Source: Candidatus Nitrosopumilus koreensis AR1 (lineage in GTDB: Archaea > Thermoproteota > Nitrososphaeria > Nitrososphaerales > Nitrosopumilaceae). Taken from it: a DNA stretch of 32,000 nucleotides. The notes beneath the pieces are model-generated. The model was given only the letters and a program-made list of their open reading frames with translations, ran no database searches and was not told where the DNA came from. Shown one piece after another: positions 1-10,281 of the stretch. Both the position numbers and the translations under genes were made by a program. The DNA is taken from contig NC_018655.1 of the NCBI RefSeq assembly GCF_000299365.1, forward strand, positions 1,140,001 to 1,172,000, read 5' to 3'. The first letter of the stretch is position 1; each line of letters starts with the position of its first letter.

Positions 1-841
1 CTCAAACAGATTTTCACCATCGCTAAAAGCCGCACTCAGAGACTGGTTGAAGATAAATGACTGATATGCTTGGATGTAAAATCTTCTCAAAGATAATGGG
101 ATTGAACGTATTGCATGAAAGGCATCATCATGCTCAATCATTTCTTTTATAACAATTCTTTCAATATCCATTTGACGTGGAATCTGATCAAAATATTGTT
201 GGAAATTTTGTTTATCAGCAAGTTTTTGACGAATCTCACTGTTTTCTTTTGAATCATATGATGATGTAAAAGATAAAATCAATTCAATTGCTTTCTCAAA
301 ATTTCTTTGAACAATCGCTTTTCCTATAAGATGTGTTACAGGTCTTTTAGAGCCAAATCGTTGATACCCATAAAAATTCAAGACTTTATCAAACTCTTCA
401 AAAGAAGATAATCCATCAGAACACTCAGAAATTTTAATTCTAAAATGATTTCCAACCATGTCTTTTTTTGATAGAGGTTTTTTTACAAAACCTATTTTTT
501 TCAGAGAATATTTTTCAGTTGAGAAATCTTCAATTGCTTTTCCCTTGTTTCCAGAACAGACAAATTGTTCAGTAACTGCAGATGCATCCTTTAATCCAAG
601 AGATTTTAATCTGATTCCTTTTTTTCTAAAAACATCAGATAATACATGATTAGTGTCAATTTTTTCTTTTTAGTTTGTAAACTGCATATCCATCTTCCTG
701 ATTAATTGTATGTTGTGTTTTCTCTGAAATTTTTTCAAACACTTCAAAATCTTCAGCAGTTGCACGAATTTTTCCACCAATGCCACCGAACTTTGTGCTA
801 TAAACAGAAATCCCTATTTTATAATCTAAATCAGGAATCAC
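1..841 (-). CDS. truD: tRNA pseudouridine synthase TruD. The 3' end runs off the window and the frame is broken at a poly-A run (plus-strand T run 660-665).
   Basis: ORF 656..841 (GTG start; YSTKFGGIGGKIR..EDFEVFE) is a TruD N-terminus. My translation of the minus strand of 1..655 in the adjacent frame is open throughout and continues TruD: IDTNHVLSDVF..LGLKDASAVTEQ..GNHFRIKI..NFYGYQRFGSKRPVTHLIGKAIV..QAYQSFIFNQ. Confidence 0.8.
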
Positions 842-2445
842 TCTATTGTCACTGTAACATATTTGCTAACTGCAATGTCTGATGATTGAGTTCCAATCAG
901 AATTTTGTATTCTCCTGTAATTGCATCATCAGATGCTGAAATCATTGTATGAATTGTTTGAGCAGAACCAGTAACCAGTTGGAAAGATTCAGAGTCATTT
1001 TCTGCTAGTTCTACATTCAAAAAGTCACGTGTAGGAGACAAGATCAAAGTTCCTCCCAACACCTTATCGGATGATTTTGAAGATAAAATAAAACTGAATT
1101 CTTTAGAATCACCAGGACTAAGAGACATTGTTTCAGAGTCTAATTGAATTTCAAAAGGCAAAGGAACAGACGTGTCAACTACCCCAATATTGTTTTCCAC
1201 CCATTCAGTAAACCAAATTTTCTTCCCATCTACAGCAAAATCAAAGATTTGAGCAAGACCGCAATCAGATACCATCAGACCAGTTCCAGGATCACAATCA
1301 CCCCAGTAAGGATTCTTGGAAGGTATATGGTATTCTACAAGGGATTGAGATTTTGGATCAAATACAGATATGTTATTTGCATTTTGTTCATTGAAAATAA
1401 TTCTGCCTTGATCATCAGAGTCAATCCAATACGGTCTGGATATAGGGGTCTTGATAACACCCGTTTGGTTTCCATAAGTACTAAGCAACGGAGTGGCAGT
1501 TACATATTGAGTAAATTCTTCAGTTACTGGATTAAAACTAAAAAAAGATGATGACGTGGTGTCTGCTAACCAAATCATTCCATCATCAGACACAACGGCT
1601 CCATTTGGAGTTAGTAATTGTACGGGTAATTGATAGATTTCAATAAAGTCAAGTAAAGGTAAGAGTTGTTCATTTGAATTTGCTACAGAGTCAAAATATC
1701 CATTTTGGTTAAATTTTACCAAGACACCTCCCTGCTGGAACAACCAATTTGTAAACCAGACATTGTTTTCTGCATCTACTGTAAAATCAGCAGTAACAGA
1801 ATCATCAACAGGGGAAGGGATGCTAAGATAATTTACATCATCACTTGATTGGTTTGGATCCAAAAAGGTGAGTTTGTTCCCTGTAAAATCATTAATTATG
1901 ATTTTAGAGCCATCAACTTGTAACCTTTGAGGTAAAGAATCACCTTCAGAAGGATATCCAAGTCGATCATACCTTTCATCAATGGTTGAAAATTTCCATA
2001 CAGAGTCAAATGTCTCATCAGTAAACCATACAGAACCATCAGGAGCATAATCAATTCCCCACATCATTGAACGGCCATTTTGTGGCCATGTAGGATTGTC
2101 ATATTCAGTAAATGTTTCAGTTTTAGGATCAAATTTTGCTAGTTTACCAGTATTTGTTTGTGCAAACCAAACATTTCCATCATAATCAGTAACTATTGCA
2201 AGAGGATTTGTGCATTCTGTTGGAATTGAATACTCTGTTACAAAATCAGTCGATTGTGCATTTCCAGAACCACAAAATCTAGGACGATCTGCATCAGGAA
2301 AATTGTCTGCAGGAGTTCCAGTAATTGTTAGTTCAGGATTATCTTCATCAGGTGCAAGTCCAGGAATCGCAATAACAACTCCCGAAGTCACCATAATACC
2401 TCCTAAAAATGCAAAAGCCAAAATTCCTTTGGTCTGTTTTTTCAC
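838..2445 (-). CDS. Secreted or membrane-anchored beta-propeller repeat protein (NHL / Vgb-lyase-like repeats) with a C-terminal Ig-like region
   Basis: 535-aa ORF with an N-terminal hydrophobic anchor (ILAFAFLGGIMVTSGVVIAI). Short blades recur, containing G.VWF(T/A) and D..G.IW motifs. Its stop overlaps the truD GTG start (GTGA). Confidence 0.6.
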   Translation of the reverse strand: MKKQTKGILAFAFLGGIMVTSGVVIAIPGLAPDEDNPELTITGTPADNFPDADRPRFCGSGNAQSTDFVTEYSIPTECTNPLAIVTDYDGNVWFAQTNTGKLAKFDPKTETFTEYDNPTWPQNGRSMMWGIDYAPDGSVWFTDETFDSVWKFSTIDERYDRLGYPSEGDSLPQRLQVDGSKIIINDFTGNKLTFLDPNQSSDDVNYLSIPSPVDDSVTADFTVDAENNVWFTNWLFQQGGVLVKFNQNGYFDSVANSNEQLLPLLDFIEIYQLPVQLLTPNGAVVSDDGMIWLADTTSSSFFSFNPVTEEFTQYVTATPLLSTYGNQTGVIKTPISRPYWIDSDDQGRIIFNEQNANNISVFDPKSQSLVEYHIPSKNPYWGDCDPGTGLMVSDCGLAQIFDFAVDGKKIWFTEWVENNIGVVDTSVPLPFEIQLDSETMSLSPGDSKEFSFILSSKSSDKVLGGTLILSPTRDFLNVELAENDSESFQLVTGSAQTIHTMISASDDAITGEYKILIGTQSSDIAVSKYVTVTIE

Positions 2446-2490
2446 AAATAAAAAAGCGTATTTTCCTTGTTATATCTTATTCCAAAATAT

Positions 2491-2865
2491 CTAAAGTAAT
2501 TTCAAATCTCCAGTTACTTTATCAATCAAGTTTTCAGGTGCAGGACCAATAGATATGCATGTAGTAGTTCCAGGAGCAATTTGAGTATGACCAGCATCTG
2601 TAACCTCAGACCAGGGCAAATTCAAATCAATTGCATGTTTCTTTACTTCTTGTAAATCCTTAATGCCAGACACTTTGACCACTACTTTTTCTTGTCCACC
2701 CCACCACTGTTCATACCATTCAGGATGAGATTTTCGCACATGTTCTGCACCAAGAACACAAGCATGTCCCACTTGTGCAGCAATCTTTCCTTTTCCCATT
2801 TCAAGATCAGTTCTAACAACTATTACTTGTTTGATTTCTCCCATAACATTATCTAAAGTAGGCAT
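2491..2865 (-). CDS. pth2: Peptidyl-tRNA hydrolase, archaeal Pth2 type
   Basis: 124 aa. VVRTDLEMGKGKIAAQVGHA and the C-terminal ISIGP..KVTG.LKLL are typical of the Pth2 family. Confidence 0.88.
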   Translation of the reverse strand: MPTLDNVMGEIKQVIVVRTDLEMGKGKIAAQVGHACVLGAEHVRKSHPEWYEQWWGGQEKVVVKVSGIKDLQEVKKHAIDLNLPWSEVTDAGHTQIAPGTTTCISIGPAPENLIDKVTGDLKLL

Positions 2866-2910
2866 AATGAAAAACTTTTGAATTAAATAATTGACAAAGA
2901 AACAAAAACT

Positions 2911-4047
2911 GTGTACTTTGATGTAGTGATTGCAGGCGGAAGTGTTGCAGGATTATTATGTGCAAGAGAAATATCTGCAGAGGGTTTTTCAGTACTAGTA
3001 ATTGAAGAGGATTACGAGATTGGGACCCCCGAGCATTGTGGAGGGCTTGTAAGCATTTCAGGGCTAGAAGAACTTGGAATAATTCCATTTAGAAAAACTT
3101 TTGATCACATGATAGAATCAGCTAAAATCACTGCCCCAAACGGCAAAAGTTTTTCGATAAATTCAAAAAATCAAAAAGTCATCGAAATTAGCAGAAGGGA
3201 ATTAGACAAACAGATAGCTTTTCAAGCTCAAAAAAATGGGGCCGTGATCAAAGTTAGAACCAGTTTTCAAGAAATCACAGATACTGGAATCAGAACCAAA
3301 GACGAAAATATTGATTGTAAAATTTTTGTCGATGCAAGAGGTGTATCATCTTTGATTCACAAAGACAGAACAGGAATTTTATCATCTGCGCAGTATGAAA
3401 TCTATGCAGATTGGATAAAAAAAGGCAAGGTCGAGGTAATTTTTGATCAAGAAAAATATCCAAGATTTTTTGCATGGATAATTCCATCAGGTGATGGAAA
3501 AGGTAAAGTCGGAGTTGCAGGAAAAGGAATCAGCGTTACTGAAACACTAGACAAAATTCTTGAAGAAAGAGGAAATTACTCTACAATTAGAAAAATTTTT
3601 GCGCCAATTTGGATAAAGGGACCAATTGAAAAATTTGTAGTGGATAATACCGTGATTGTAGGAGATGCAGCAGGTCAGGCAAAACCAACAACTGCAGGGG
3701 GCATATTTACTAGTGGAATGGGAGGAGTTTATGCAGGACAAGCGATTTCAAGGTTTCTAAAAACAAATGACAAATCCAAACTAGAAGAATATCAAAGTAA
3801 ATGGATGGACAGATTTGGAAAGGAATTTGAAAAACAAATTTTTGCAAGGAAAATTTTAGAGAGACTTGATAACAACACAATCAACAAATTGTTTGAATCA
3901 ATCACACCAGAGATACTCAAAGACATATCAGAAAAAGATGACTTTGATTTTCATACGGGTTCTATTGTAAAGTTATTAGGATTGAAAGGATCAATCAAAA
4001 CAGCCCAGACACTTATTGGCGGAGAATTTAAAAAATTACTCCGGTAA
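2911..4047 (+). CDS. Geranylgeranyl reductase family FAD-dependent oxidoreductase
   Basis: 378 aa with a GTG start. N-terminal dinucleotide fold DVVIAGGSVAGLLCAREISAEGFSVLVIEE, and a later GDAAGQAKPTTAGGI motif typical of GGR-family flavoproteins. Confidence 0.78.
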   Translation: MYFDVVIAGGSVAGLLCAREISAEGFSVLVIEEDYEIGTPEHCGGLVSISGLEELGIIPFRKTFDHMIESAKITAPNGKSFSINSKNQKVIEISRRELDKQIAFQAQKNGAVIKVRTSFQEITDTGIRTKDENIDCKIFVDARGVSSLIHKDRTGILSSAQYEIYADWIKKGKVEVIFDQEKYPRFFAWIIPSGDGKGKVGVAGKGISVTETLDKILEERGNYSTIRKIFAPIWIKGPIEKFVVDNTVIVGDAAGQAKPTTAGGIFTSGMGGVYAGQAISRFLKTNDKSKLEEYQSKWMDRFGKEFEKQIFARKILERLDNNTINKLFESITPEILKDISEKDDFDFHTGSIVKLLGLKGSIKTAQTLIGGEFKKLLR

Positions 4048-4076
4048 AACATGCCTAAATTTCAAGGAAGGTATAA

Positions 4077-4569
<493 letters not shown>

Positions 4570-4577
4570 GTGGTTTT

Positions 4578-6746
4578 TTGGTACGCAAAGAAGAACCTTT
4601 GCAAATGCGAATAGGAGAAGCAAAACAAAGAGACGTAGGTAAAAAGCGAGCTCGAATTGGTCCCGAGGCAATGGACTTTCTTAAAGTTACTCCAGGAGAT
4701 ATTGTGGAAGTCATGGGTTCTAGGACTAGTTGTGCAGTAATTTGGCCAGTTGACGAAGATGAGAAATTTCCAGACATCATAAGAGTTGACGGACAAACAA
4801 GAAAGAATGTGGGTGCATCTCTAAACGACATTGTAAAGATTAGAAAAGTTACATCAAAGATGGCAAAAACAGTTTCATTAACTCCAGTAAATGACACAGT
4901 CACAGTAGACAAAGAGTTTACAGATTTTGTGAAAAACAGATTGAAAGGATTGCCAATTACACATGGTGATGAAATATCAGTAATGATTTTAGGAAATTCC
5001 ATGGATTTTAAAATTACAAAGACTACACCAAAAGGAGTAGTAAAGATTGACCGCTCCACCACATTAAACATTTCAACTGAAACTGCAGTGGACAGAAAGG
5101 TCAGAGTAACCTATGAAGAAGTTGGTGGATTAAGAGAAAAAGTAAAAGCAATGAGAGAGATAGTAGAGCTCCCATTAAAACACCCAGAACTATTTGCCAG
5201 ATTAGGAATTGAACCTCACAGTGGAATCTTACTTTATGGACCACCTGGTTGTGGAAAGACTTTGCTTGCAAAAGTATTGGCAAGTGAATCAGAAGCTAAC
5301 ATGTTTCCAATCAACGGTCCAGAAATTATGAACAAGTATTATGGTGAGACAGAAGCAAAGCTAAGAGATATTTTCAAAGAAGCAAAAGACAACTCTCCAA
5401 GCATTATTTTCATTGATGAAATTGATGCAATTGCTCCAAAAAGAGAAGAAGCTTATGGAGATGTTGAAAAAAGAGTTGTCGCACAACTTTTGGCATTAAT
5501 GGATGGTCTAAATGACAGGGGAAATGTCATTGTTCTTGGAGCAACAAACAGACCAGACAGTGTAGATCCCGCACTTCGAAGACCAGGCAGATTTGACAGA
5601 GAGTTTGAGATCTCAGTTCCAAACGAGGATGGAAGAATAGAGATTCTTCAAATCCACACACGAGGCATGCCAATTGATGAGGATGTAGATCTAAAAGATT
5701 TAGCATCAGAATTACATGGATACACAGGAGCAGACATCAAATCATTATGCAGAGAAGCTGCGATGAAATCAATTAGAAGGTATTTGCCTGAAATAGATCT
5801 TGAGACAGAAAAGATACCTTCAGAAGTATTACAATCAATGAAGATAAAATTAATCGATTTTTACGATGCAATGCACGAGGTTGTCCCAACTGCAATGAGG
5901 GAGTTCTATGTCGAACGACCCAAAGTTTGGTGGCAAGACGTTGGCGGACTAGATGAAATCAAAAAAGCATTAACAGATAATCTGATTTTAGCTATGAATG
6001 AACCAAATAAATTTACAAAGATGGGAATCAAACCGCCAAAAGGTGCATTAATTTACGGACCACCAGGATGTGGGAAAACTCTGCTTGGCAGAGCTCTTGC
6101 AACTGAAACTGGTGCAAACATGATTTTGGTTAGAGGACCAGAAATTCTTTCAAAATGGGTTGGAGAATCTGAAAAAGCAGTTAGAGAAATTTTCAGAAAG
6201 GCGAAAGCATCATCTCCATGTGTAGTCATTTTTGACGAGTTAGACTCACTTGCACGCAATAAATCAGGAGAAGGAGGAGTGGGTGAAAACATCCTAAGCC
6301 AACTACTTACAGAGATTGAAGAAGGAATTTCTTCACGTGTTGTAGTTATTGGAATTACAAATAGACCAGATGTGGTAGATAATTCATTGTTAAGAACTGG
6401 AAGATTAGATTTAGTTCTGTATGTTTCCCCTCCAGATGAGAAAGGAAGATTAGAGATCATTAAAATTTTGACAAAAAAAATGCCACTAACAAATGATGTA
6501 AAATTACAAGAGATTGCAGTTGCAACTCAAAATTATACGGGTGCAGATTTGGCAGCATTATGTAGAGAAGCAGCAGTTCAGGCCATGCAAAACAATGCAA
6601 CAAAAATATCCAGTCAAGACTTTGCAAATAGTTTGAAACGTGTAAGACCATCAATTACAAAAGAAGTTGATCAATGGTATAATTCAGTGAAGGAAAGTAT
6701 ATCTAACGTGGTACCAAAGACAGGAGATAAAACATTCTACGGATAA
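4578..6746 (+). CDS. cdc48: Cdc48/VCP-type AAA+ ATPase (two ATPase domains)
   Basis: 722 aa with an N-domain. Two Walker A motifs GPPGCGKT, and Walker B motifs IIFIDEID and VVIFDELD. The ORF track begins at TTG 4578; ATG 4605 (MRIGEAK) is a plausible true start. Confidence 0.95.
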   Translation: MVRKEEPLQMRIGEAKQRDVGKKRARIGPEAMDFLKVTPGDIVEVMGSRTSCAVIWPVDEDEKFPDIIRVDGQTRKNVGASLNDIVKIRKVTSKMAKTVSLTPVNDTVTVDKEFTDFVKNRLKGLPITHGDEISVMILGNSMDFKITKTTPKGVVKIDRSTTLNISTETAVDRKVRVTYEEVGGLREKVKAMREIVELPLKHPELFARLGIEPHSGILLYGPPGCGKTLLAKVLASESEANMFPINGPEIMNKYYGETEAKLRDIFKEAKDNSPSIIFIDEIDAIAPKREEAYGDVEKRVVAQLLALMDGLNDRGNVIVLGATNRPDSVDPALRRPGRFDREFEISVPNEDGRIEILQIHTRGMPIDEDVDLKDLASELHGYTGADIKSLCREAAMKSIRRYLPEIDLETEKIPSEVLQSMKIKLIDFYDAMHEVVPTAMREFYVERPKVWWQDVGGLDEIKKALTDNLILAMNEPNKFTKMGIKPPKGALIYGPPGCGKTLLGRALATETGANMILVRGPEILSKWVGESEKAVREIFRKAKASSPCVVIFDELDSLARNKSGEGGVGENILSQLLTEIEEGISSRVVVIGITNRPDVVDNSLLRTGRLDLVLYVSPPDEKGRLEIIKILTKKMPLTNDVKLQEIAVATQNYTGADLAALCREAAVQAMQNNATKISSQDFANSLKRVRPSITKEVDQWYNSVKESISNVVPKTGDKTFYG

Positions 6747-6748
6747 AA

Positions 6749-7045
6749 ATGACAATACCAATCAGAAATACAGTGTTTGACAAAATTAAAGAAGCAGGTT
6801 CATTAACAGATGTTGAGCTTTACAAAATTTTAACAAAAGAGGGCTTTGCCATTACAGAAGCCAGATTCAACAAGATACTTTTAGATTTAGAAATTCTTGG
6901 ACTCATCAAAGTATCTTGGATTACAAAAGATGAGCGCAGAATTGAGGTTTTCTTAGAAGAAATTGAAGTCGATGAAGTCGATGAACAAAATAAAGAAATG
7001 ATGGAAAAAGACTACGAAGCAAGTTTTCCAGGTTTTGAAAAATAA
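6749..7045 (+). CDS. Hypothetical small protein, possibly a winged-helix fold, with an acidic C-terminus
   Basis: 98-aa ORF starting 2 nt after the cdc48 stop. I recognise no family. Confidence 0.5.
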   Translation: MTIPIRNTVFDKIKEAGSLTDVELYKILTKEGFAITEARFNKILLDLEILGLIKVSWITKDERRIEVFLEEIEVDEVDEQNKEMMEKDYEASFPGFEK

Positions 7046-7047
7046 TT

Positions 7048-7941
7048 CTAAAACAAAGGAATATGAAATGCTGCATCTAGTGCAACTGCTACAAAAATTA
7101 TTGTAAGATACGGAGCAGTAACTTTGTATGCTTTCCAAGCAAATTCAGATGTAGGAGTCTTTGTAAGTTTGTAATGATATGCCAACATCAATCCACCAGA
7201 CACAGCTGCAATTACAGTATAAACAACACCCAATCCATCAGGGATAAACGAGAGAATTAAAGAATAAGGAAGCAAGATTATCGTGTTTCCCAAAATATAC
7301 TTTGATGTTTTTTGCATCCCAATTACAACAGGCAACATTGGAACCTTAGCTTGTGCATATTCGTCTTTGATCTTCATTGCAAGACACCAAAAATGCGAAG
7401 GTGTCCAAACAAATACAAGAAATCCAACTAAGAATCCCAAAAGATCCATGCTTCCAGTAGCTGCAGACCAGCCAGCCCATGCAGCTGCACTGCCAGCAAT
7501 TCCACCAATTACAATGTTTGAAGTGTTTAGACGTTTTAGCCAAGCAGTATAGATAATAACGTAAGAGAAAATTCCAACTGCAATAAAGAATGCAGAAACA
7601 GCATTTAATGCAAAGAATCCGTAAATTACAGAGACGCAACTAACAACCAATCCATATATCAAAACATGAGACGCTGTCATTCGTCCTGAAGGAATAGGCC
7701 GTTTGCTTGTTCGCTCCATTTTAGGATCAATGTCTCTATCATAATAGTGATTTAGGGCACTAGAACCAGCAGATGCCAATGCACCAGCAATAATGATATG
7801 CATATATGACCAATAATCAAGTTCAGGAGCACCTGGAACAAGCTTGCTTGCGGCATACATCGAAGTAACCGCAGTAATTACTAGAAGAACAACTATCCTT
7901 GGTTTGGATATTTCCATTATCTCATTGAATCCCAATCTCAC
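7048..7941 (-). CDS. ctaB: Protoheme IX farnesyltransferase (heme O synthase), UbiA family
   Basis: 297 aa, polytopic. Contains the UbiA motif NHYYDRDIDPKMERTSKRPIPSGR. Confidence 0.9.
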   Translation of the reverse strand: MRLGFNEIMEISKPRIVVLLVITAVTSMYAASKLVPGAPELDYWSYMHIIIAGALASAGSSALNHYYDRDIDPKMERTSKRPIPSGRMTASHVLIYGLVVSCVSVIYGFFALNAVSAFFIAVGIFSYVIIYTAWLKRLNTSNIVIGGIAGSAAAWAGWSAATGSMDLLGFLVGFLVFVWTPSHFWCLAMKIKDEYAQAKVPMLPVVIGMQKTSKYILGNTIILLPYSLILSFIPDGLGVVYTVIAAVSGGLMLAYHYKLTKTPTSEFAWKAYKVTAPYLTIIFVAVALDAAFHIPLF

Positions 7942-8033
7942 TCTATCCTAGTCCAAAGCCATTTAATTTCTTCGTCCATTGATCCATAACATTTCAAAAG
8001 GAATAAGTATCTCAGCCCTACCAGCTACGTTAA

Positions 8034-9128
8034 ATGAGTAATTGGGACCTCATGATGCCGGGAATGGGACTCACATCCATAGGATTGGCTGGAGTCGTCT
8101 TATCATATGCAGGAATAGCACATACATTCATTGATGGAATGCATGCCTTGACTGGTCTTACCATGTTTGTAGGGCTAATCTTCTTATCTGCAGGCATCTT
8201 AGATGGAGGAATCTCAACTAGCAATAGAGCAAAAGCAACAGTGTTGGTAATTGCATCTATTGCATTAGGATTTGGAGCATTTGCATTTACAATGAATACT
8301 TCTGCATATACAGTCACTATAGCGGGAATTTTAATGGGAATTGCATTTCCAGCAATCATCATAGCGTATCTTGCAATGAAGCATCCACCATACTTGAAGC
8401 CAGTAGGCTCTATTGTAGCAATGGCATCAGCCGTAGGAATCATTGCATGGGTCGCATTTGGATTTGTTAGTCCAGACACATATATGATTCCTCAAGAAAT
8501 TACAGTTGAAGAACCAAGTGCCAAAGAAGTTGCACCAACAGGACCCATCTTTGCAATTGAAATTCTTGAAGGTTCATCCCAAGAAGGAAATCCTGATTTC
8601 GATCCTGATGCAGCAGTTGTTCAACAAGGACATGTAGTTAAATGGACAAATACAGACTCTGTTGCACATACTGCAACTAGTGCTGCAGACTTTGGAGAAA
8701 CATTTGATACAGGGTTGTTAGGAGCAGGCGAATCATTTACACTTGATACTACTAATTTAGAAACTGGCGAGTATGAATATTTCTGTATTGTACATCCTTG
8801 GATGGTTGCAACATTAACAATTGAAGCAGCAAAGGAACCAATCAAAGTTGTAATACCAGAAGGTGCAGCAATTCCAGAAGAGGGTAAAATCTATTATGAT
8901 CCCGAAGTAATTACAGTATCGGTAGGAGATACTGTTCAATGGGAGAATGCAGACAATACAGTACACACAGCAACATCAGGGCAACCACCTACAGATGCAA
9001 CAGGAGTTTTTGATTCTGAGATGATGTCAGCAGGAGATAGTTTTGAATTTACGTTTACAGAAGCAGGAAGTTATGATTATTACTGTACATTCCATCCATG
9101 GATGGTAGGAACTGTTAACGTAGAATAG
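8034..9128 (+). CDS. Membrane protein with a polytopic N-terminal domain and two C-terminal cupredoxin (type-1 blue copper) domains
   Basis: 364 aa. The first ~150 aa are hydrophobic helices. Two repeats of the ligand pattern H..(AHTATS / VHTATS) ... C-x2-H-x2-M (CIVHPWM, CTFHPWM). Confidence 0.85.
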   Translation: MSNWDLMMPGMGLTSIGLAGVVLSYAGIAHTFIDGMHALTGLTMFVGLIFLSAGILDGGISTSNRAKATVLVIASIALGFGAFAFTMNTSAYTVTIAGILMGIAFPAIIIAYLAMKHPPYLKPVGSIVAMASAVGIIAWVAFGFVSPDTYMIPQEITVEEPSAKEVAPTGPIFAIEILEGSSQEGNPDFDPDAAVVQQGHVVKWTNTDSVAHTATSAADFGETFDTGLLGAGESFTLDTTNLETGEYEYFCIVHPWMVATLTIEAAKEPIKVVIPEGAAIPEEGKIYYDPEVITVSVGDTVQWENADNTVHTATSGQPPTDATGVFDSEMMSAGDSFEFTFTEAGSYDYYCTFHPWMVGTVNVE

Positions 9129-9130
9129 AT

Positions 9131-9523
9131 TTGCAGAAAATCATCTTATCAAGTTCAGACAAGAAAATTCTTACAGAACATGCTGAAAATGAAAAACCAA
9201 ACGAATCATGCGCCATACTATTTGGTAAAAATGAAACAGTATCAGAGATATTTTTGACAAAAAATATTGAAGAATCACCAGTAAATTTTACCATTTCAAA
9301 TGAGCAGCTTATTGAAGGATACAAGACTGCCGAAGAAAAAAACGTGGATGTGATAGGCATTTTTCATTCGCATCCAAATTCAGAGGCATATCCATCAAGT
9401 ACAGACAAGAAATTCATGCAGAGCAATCCTGTTGCATGGATAATTTACTCTGGCGAAAACAAGGATTTTAGAGCATATAGGTTAGAATCAGAAATTATAG
9501 AAATTCCAATTGAGGAAAAATAG
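9131..9523 (+). CDS. JAB/MPN (JAMM) metalloprotease domain protein
   Basis: 130 aa with a TTG start. JAMM signature: E (ESCAILFG) followed by HSHPNSEAYPSSTD. Confidence 0.8.
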   Translation: MQKIILSSSDKKILTEHAENEKPNESCAILFGKNETVSEIFLTKNIEESPVNFTISNEQLIEGYKTAEEKNVDVIGIFHSHPNSEAYPSSTDKKFMQSNPVAWIIYSGENKDFRAYRLESEIIEIPIEEK

Positions 9524-9931
9524 TTAGGCCCGTCTAAACGTGGCTCTTGTTCCATCAGCCACATCAAGAATTGATTTGTCAGGAGAAATTATTTTTCCAA
9601 TAATGTTAACTGGAGATGCAGGAGTTATCTCCCCAGGATTACCAATAGGAGTAGAACCATAAAACAAGCAGATAGCCTTTCCCGTAGGCCAATAGGCCAC
9701 ATCATTTAATTGAACAGGAGACTGGGCATTTTCTTCAGGTTGATTAATTGGAGAATTTGATGAATAGATTTCATCACCCCAAACATTAAGATCCACGGTA
9801 AATTGTAATTTTTCAACAAACTCGTTTACTGTTTTTGGGGAATTAGAATCATCTAACTCTAAGATTATTTTTGAGGATTCTATATCAACATGAATTGTGT
9901 GTTTCATTATTTTGTAAAGGGTTTGACACAC
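9524..9931 (-). CDS. Cyclophilin-like superfamily protein (TM1367/DUF3830-like)
   Basis: 135-aa ORF. The likely real start is ATG at 9907 (MKHTIHVD). The pattern ..LDDSNSPKTV.EF...L......WGDEIY.......E.....V...DVAYWP.G.A.CLF resembles that family from memory only. Confidence 0.5.
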   Translation of the reverse strand: MCQTLYKIMKHTIHVDIESSKIILELDDSNSPKTVNEFVEKLQFTVDLNVWGDEIYSSNSPINQPEENAQSPVQLNDVAYWPTGKAICLFYGSTPIGNPGEITPASPVNIIGKIISPDKSILDVADGTRATFRRA

Positions 9932-9941
9932 ATAAGAATAC

Positions 9942-10052
9942 TTAGTTTATGCGGTCTCGCAACTGATGACAATCACATATGCAACCTTTTTGACATTTCA
10001 TTCGTTTACAATCAGAACATACATGTCTATCCCAATACGGTGCGGTGTTCAT
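9942..10052 (-). CDS. Candidate 36-aa Cys-rich micro-protein (MNTAPYWDRHVCSDCKRMKCQKGCICDCHQLRDRIN)
   Basis: Translated by hand and below the ORF-track cutoff. The ATG lies 1 nt after the stop of the upstream 73-aa ORF (TGATATG). Six Cys in 18 residues. Confidence 0.3.
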   Translation of the reverse strand: MNTAPYWDRHVCSDCKRMKCQKGCICDCHQLRDRIN

Positions 10053-10053
10053 A

Positions 10054-10275
10054 TCAATATCTCTGAGTAATTTTGTATGTTCCTCTTTTCATCAATATAA
10101 TGATCCTCAACAAAAATACAATCCAAATTCCCATTAATAGAAAATAAAGTATGTCTATGCCAGAAGATTCTGGGATTGGTGGTTCATTAGGTTCTTCAGG
10201 CAGATCAAACGTAGGCACATAAGTGATTCCTAAAAAAACAGGAATTGCAATCAAGATTACGATTGGGAGAACCAT
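10054..10275 (-). CDS. Small hypothetical membrane protein (two predicted TM helices)
   Basis: 73-aa ORF with two hydrophobic stretches (VLPIVILIAIPVFLGI and ILYFLLMGIWIVFLLRIIIL). Confidence 0.45.
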   Translation of the reverse strand: MVLPIVILIAIPVFLGITYVPTFDLPEEPNEPPIPESSGIDILYFLLMGIWIVFLLRIIILMKRGTYKITQRY

Positions 10276-10281
10276 ATCTAT

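Noticed and set aside
458-649. 63-aa plus-strand ORF at the left edge
   Set aside because: It lies entirely antisense to the clearly readable truD coding frame and has low-complexity Phe-rich composition. It is a shadow ORF.
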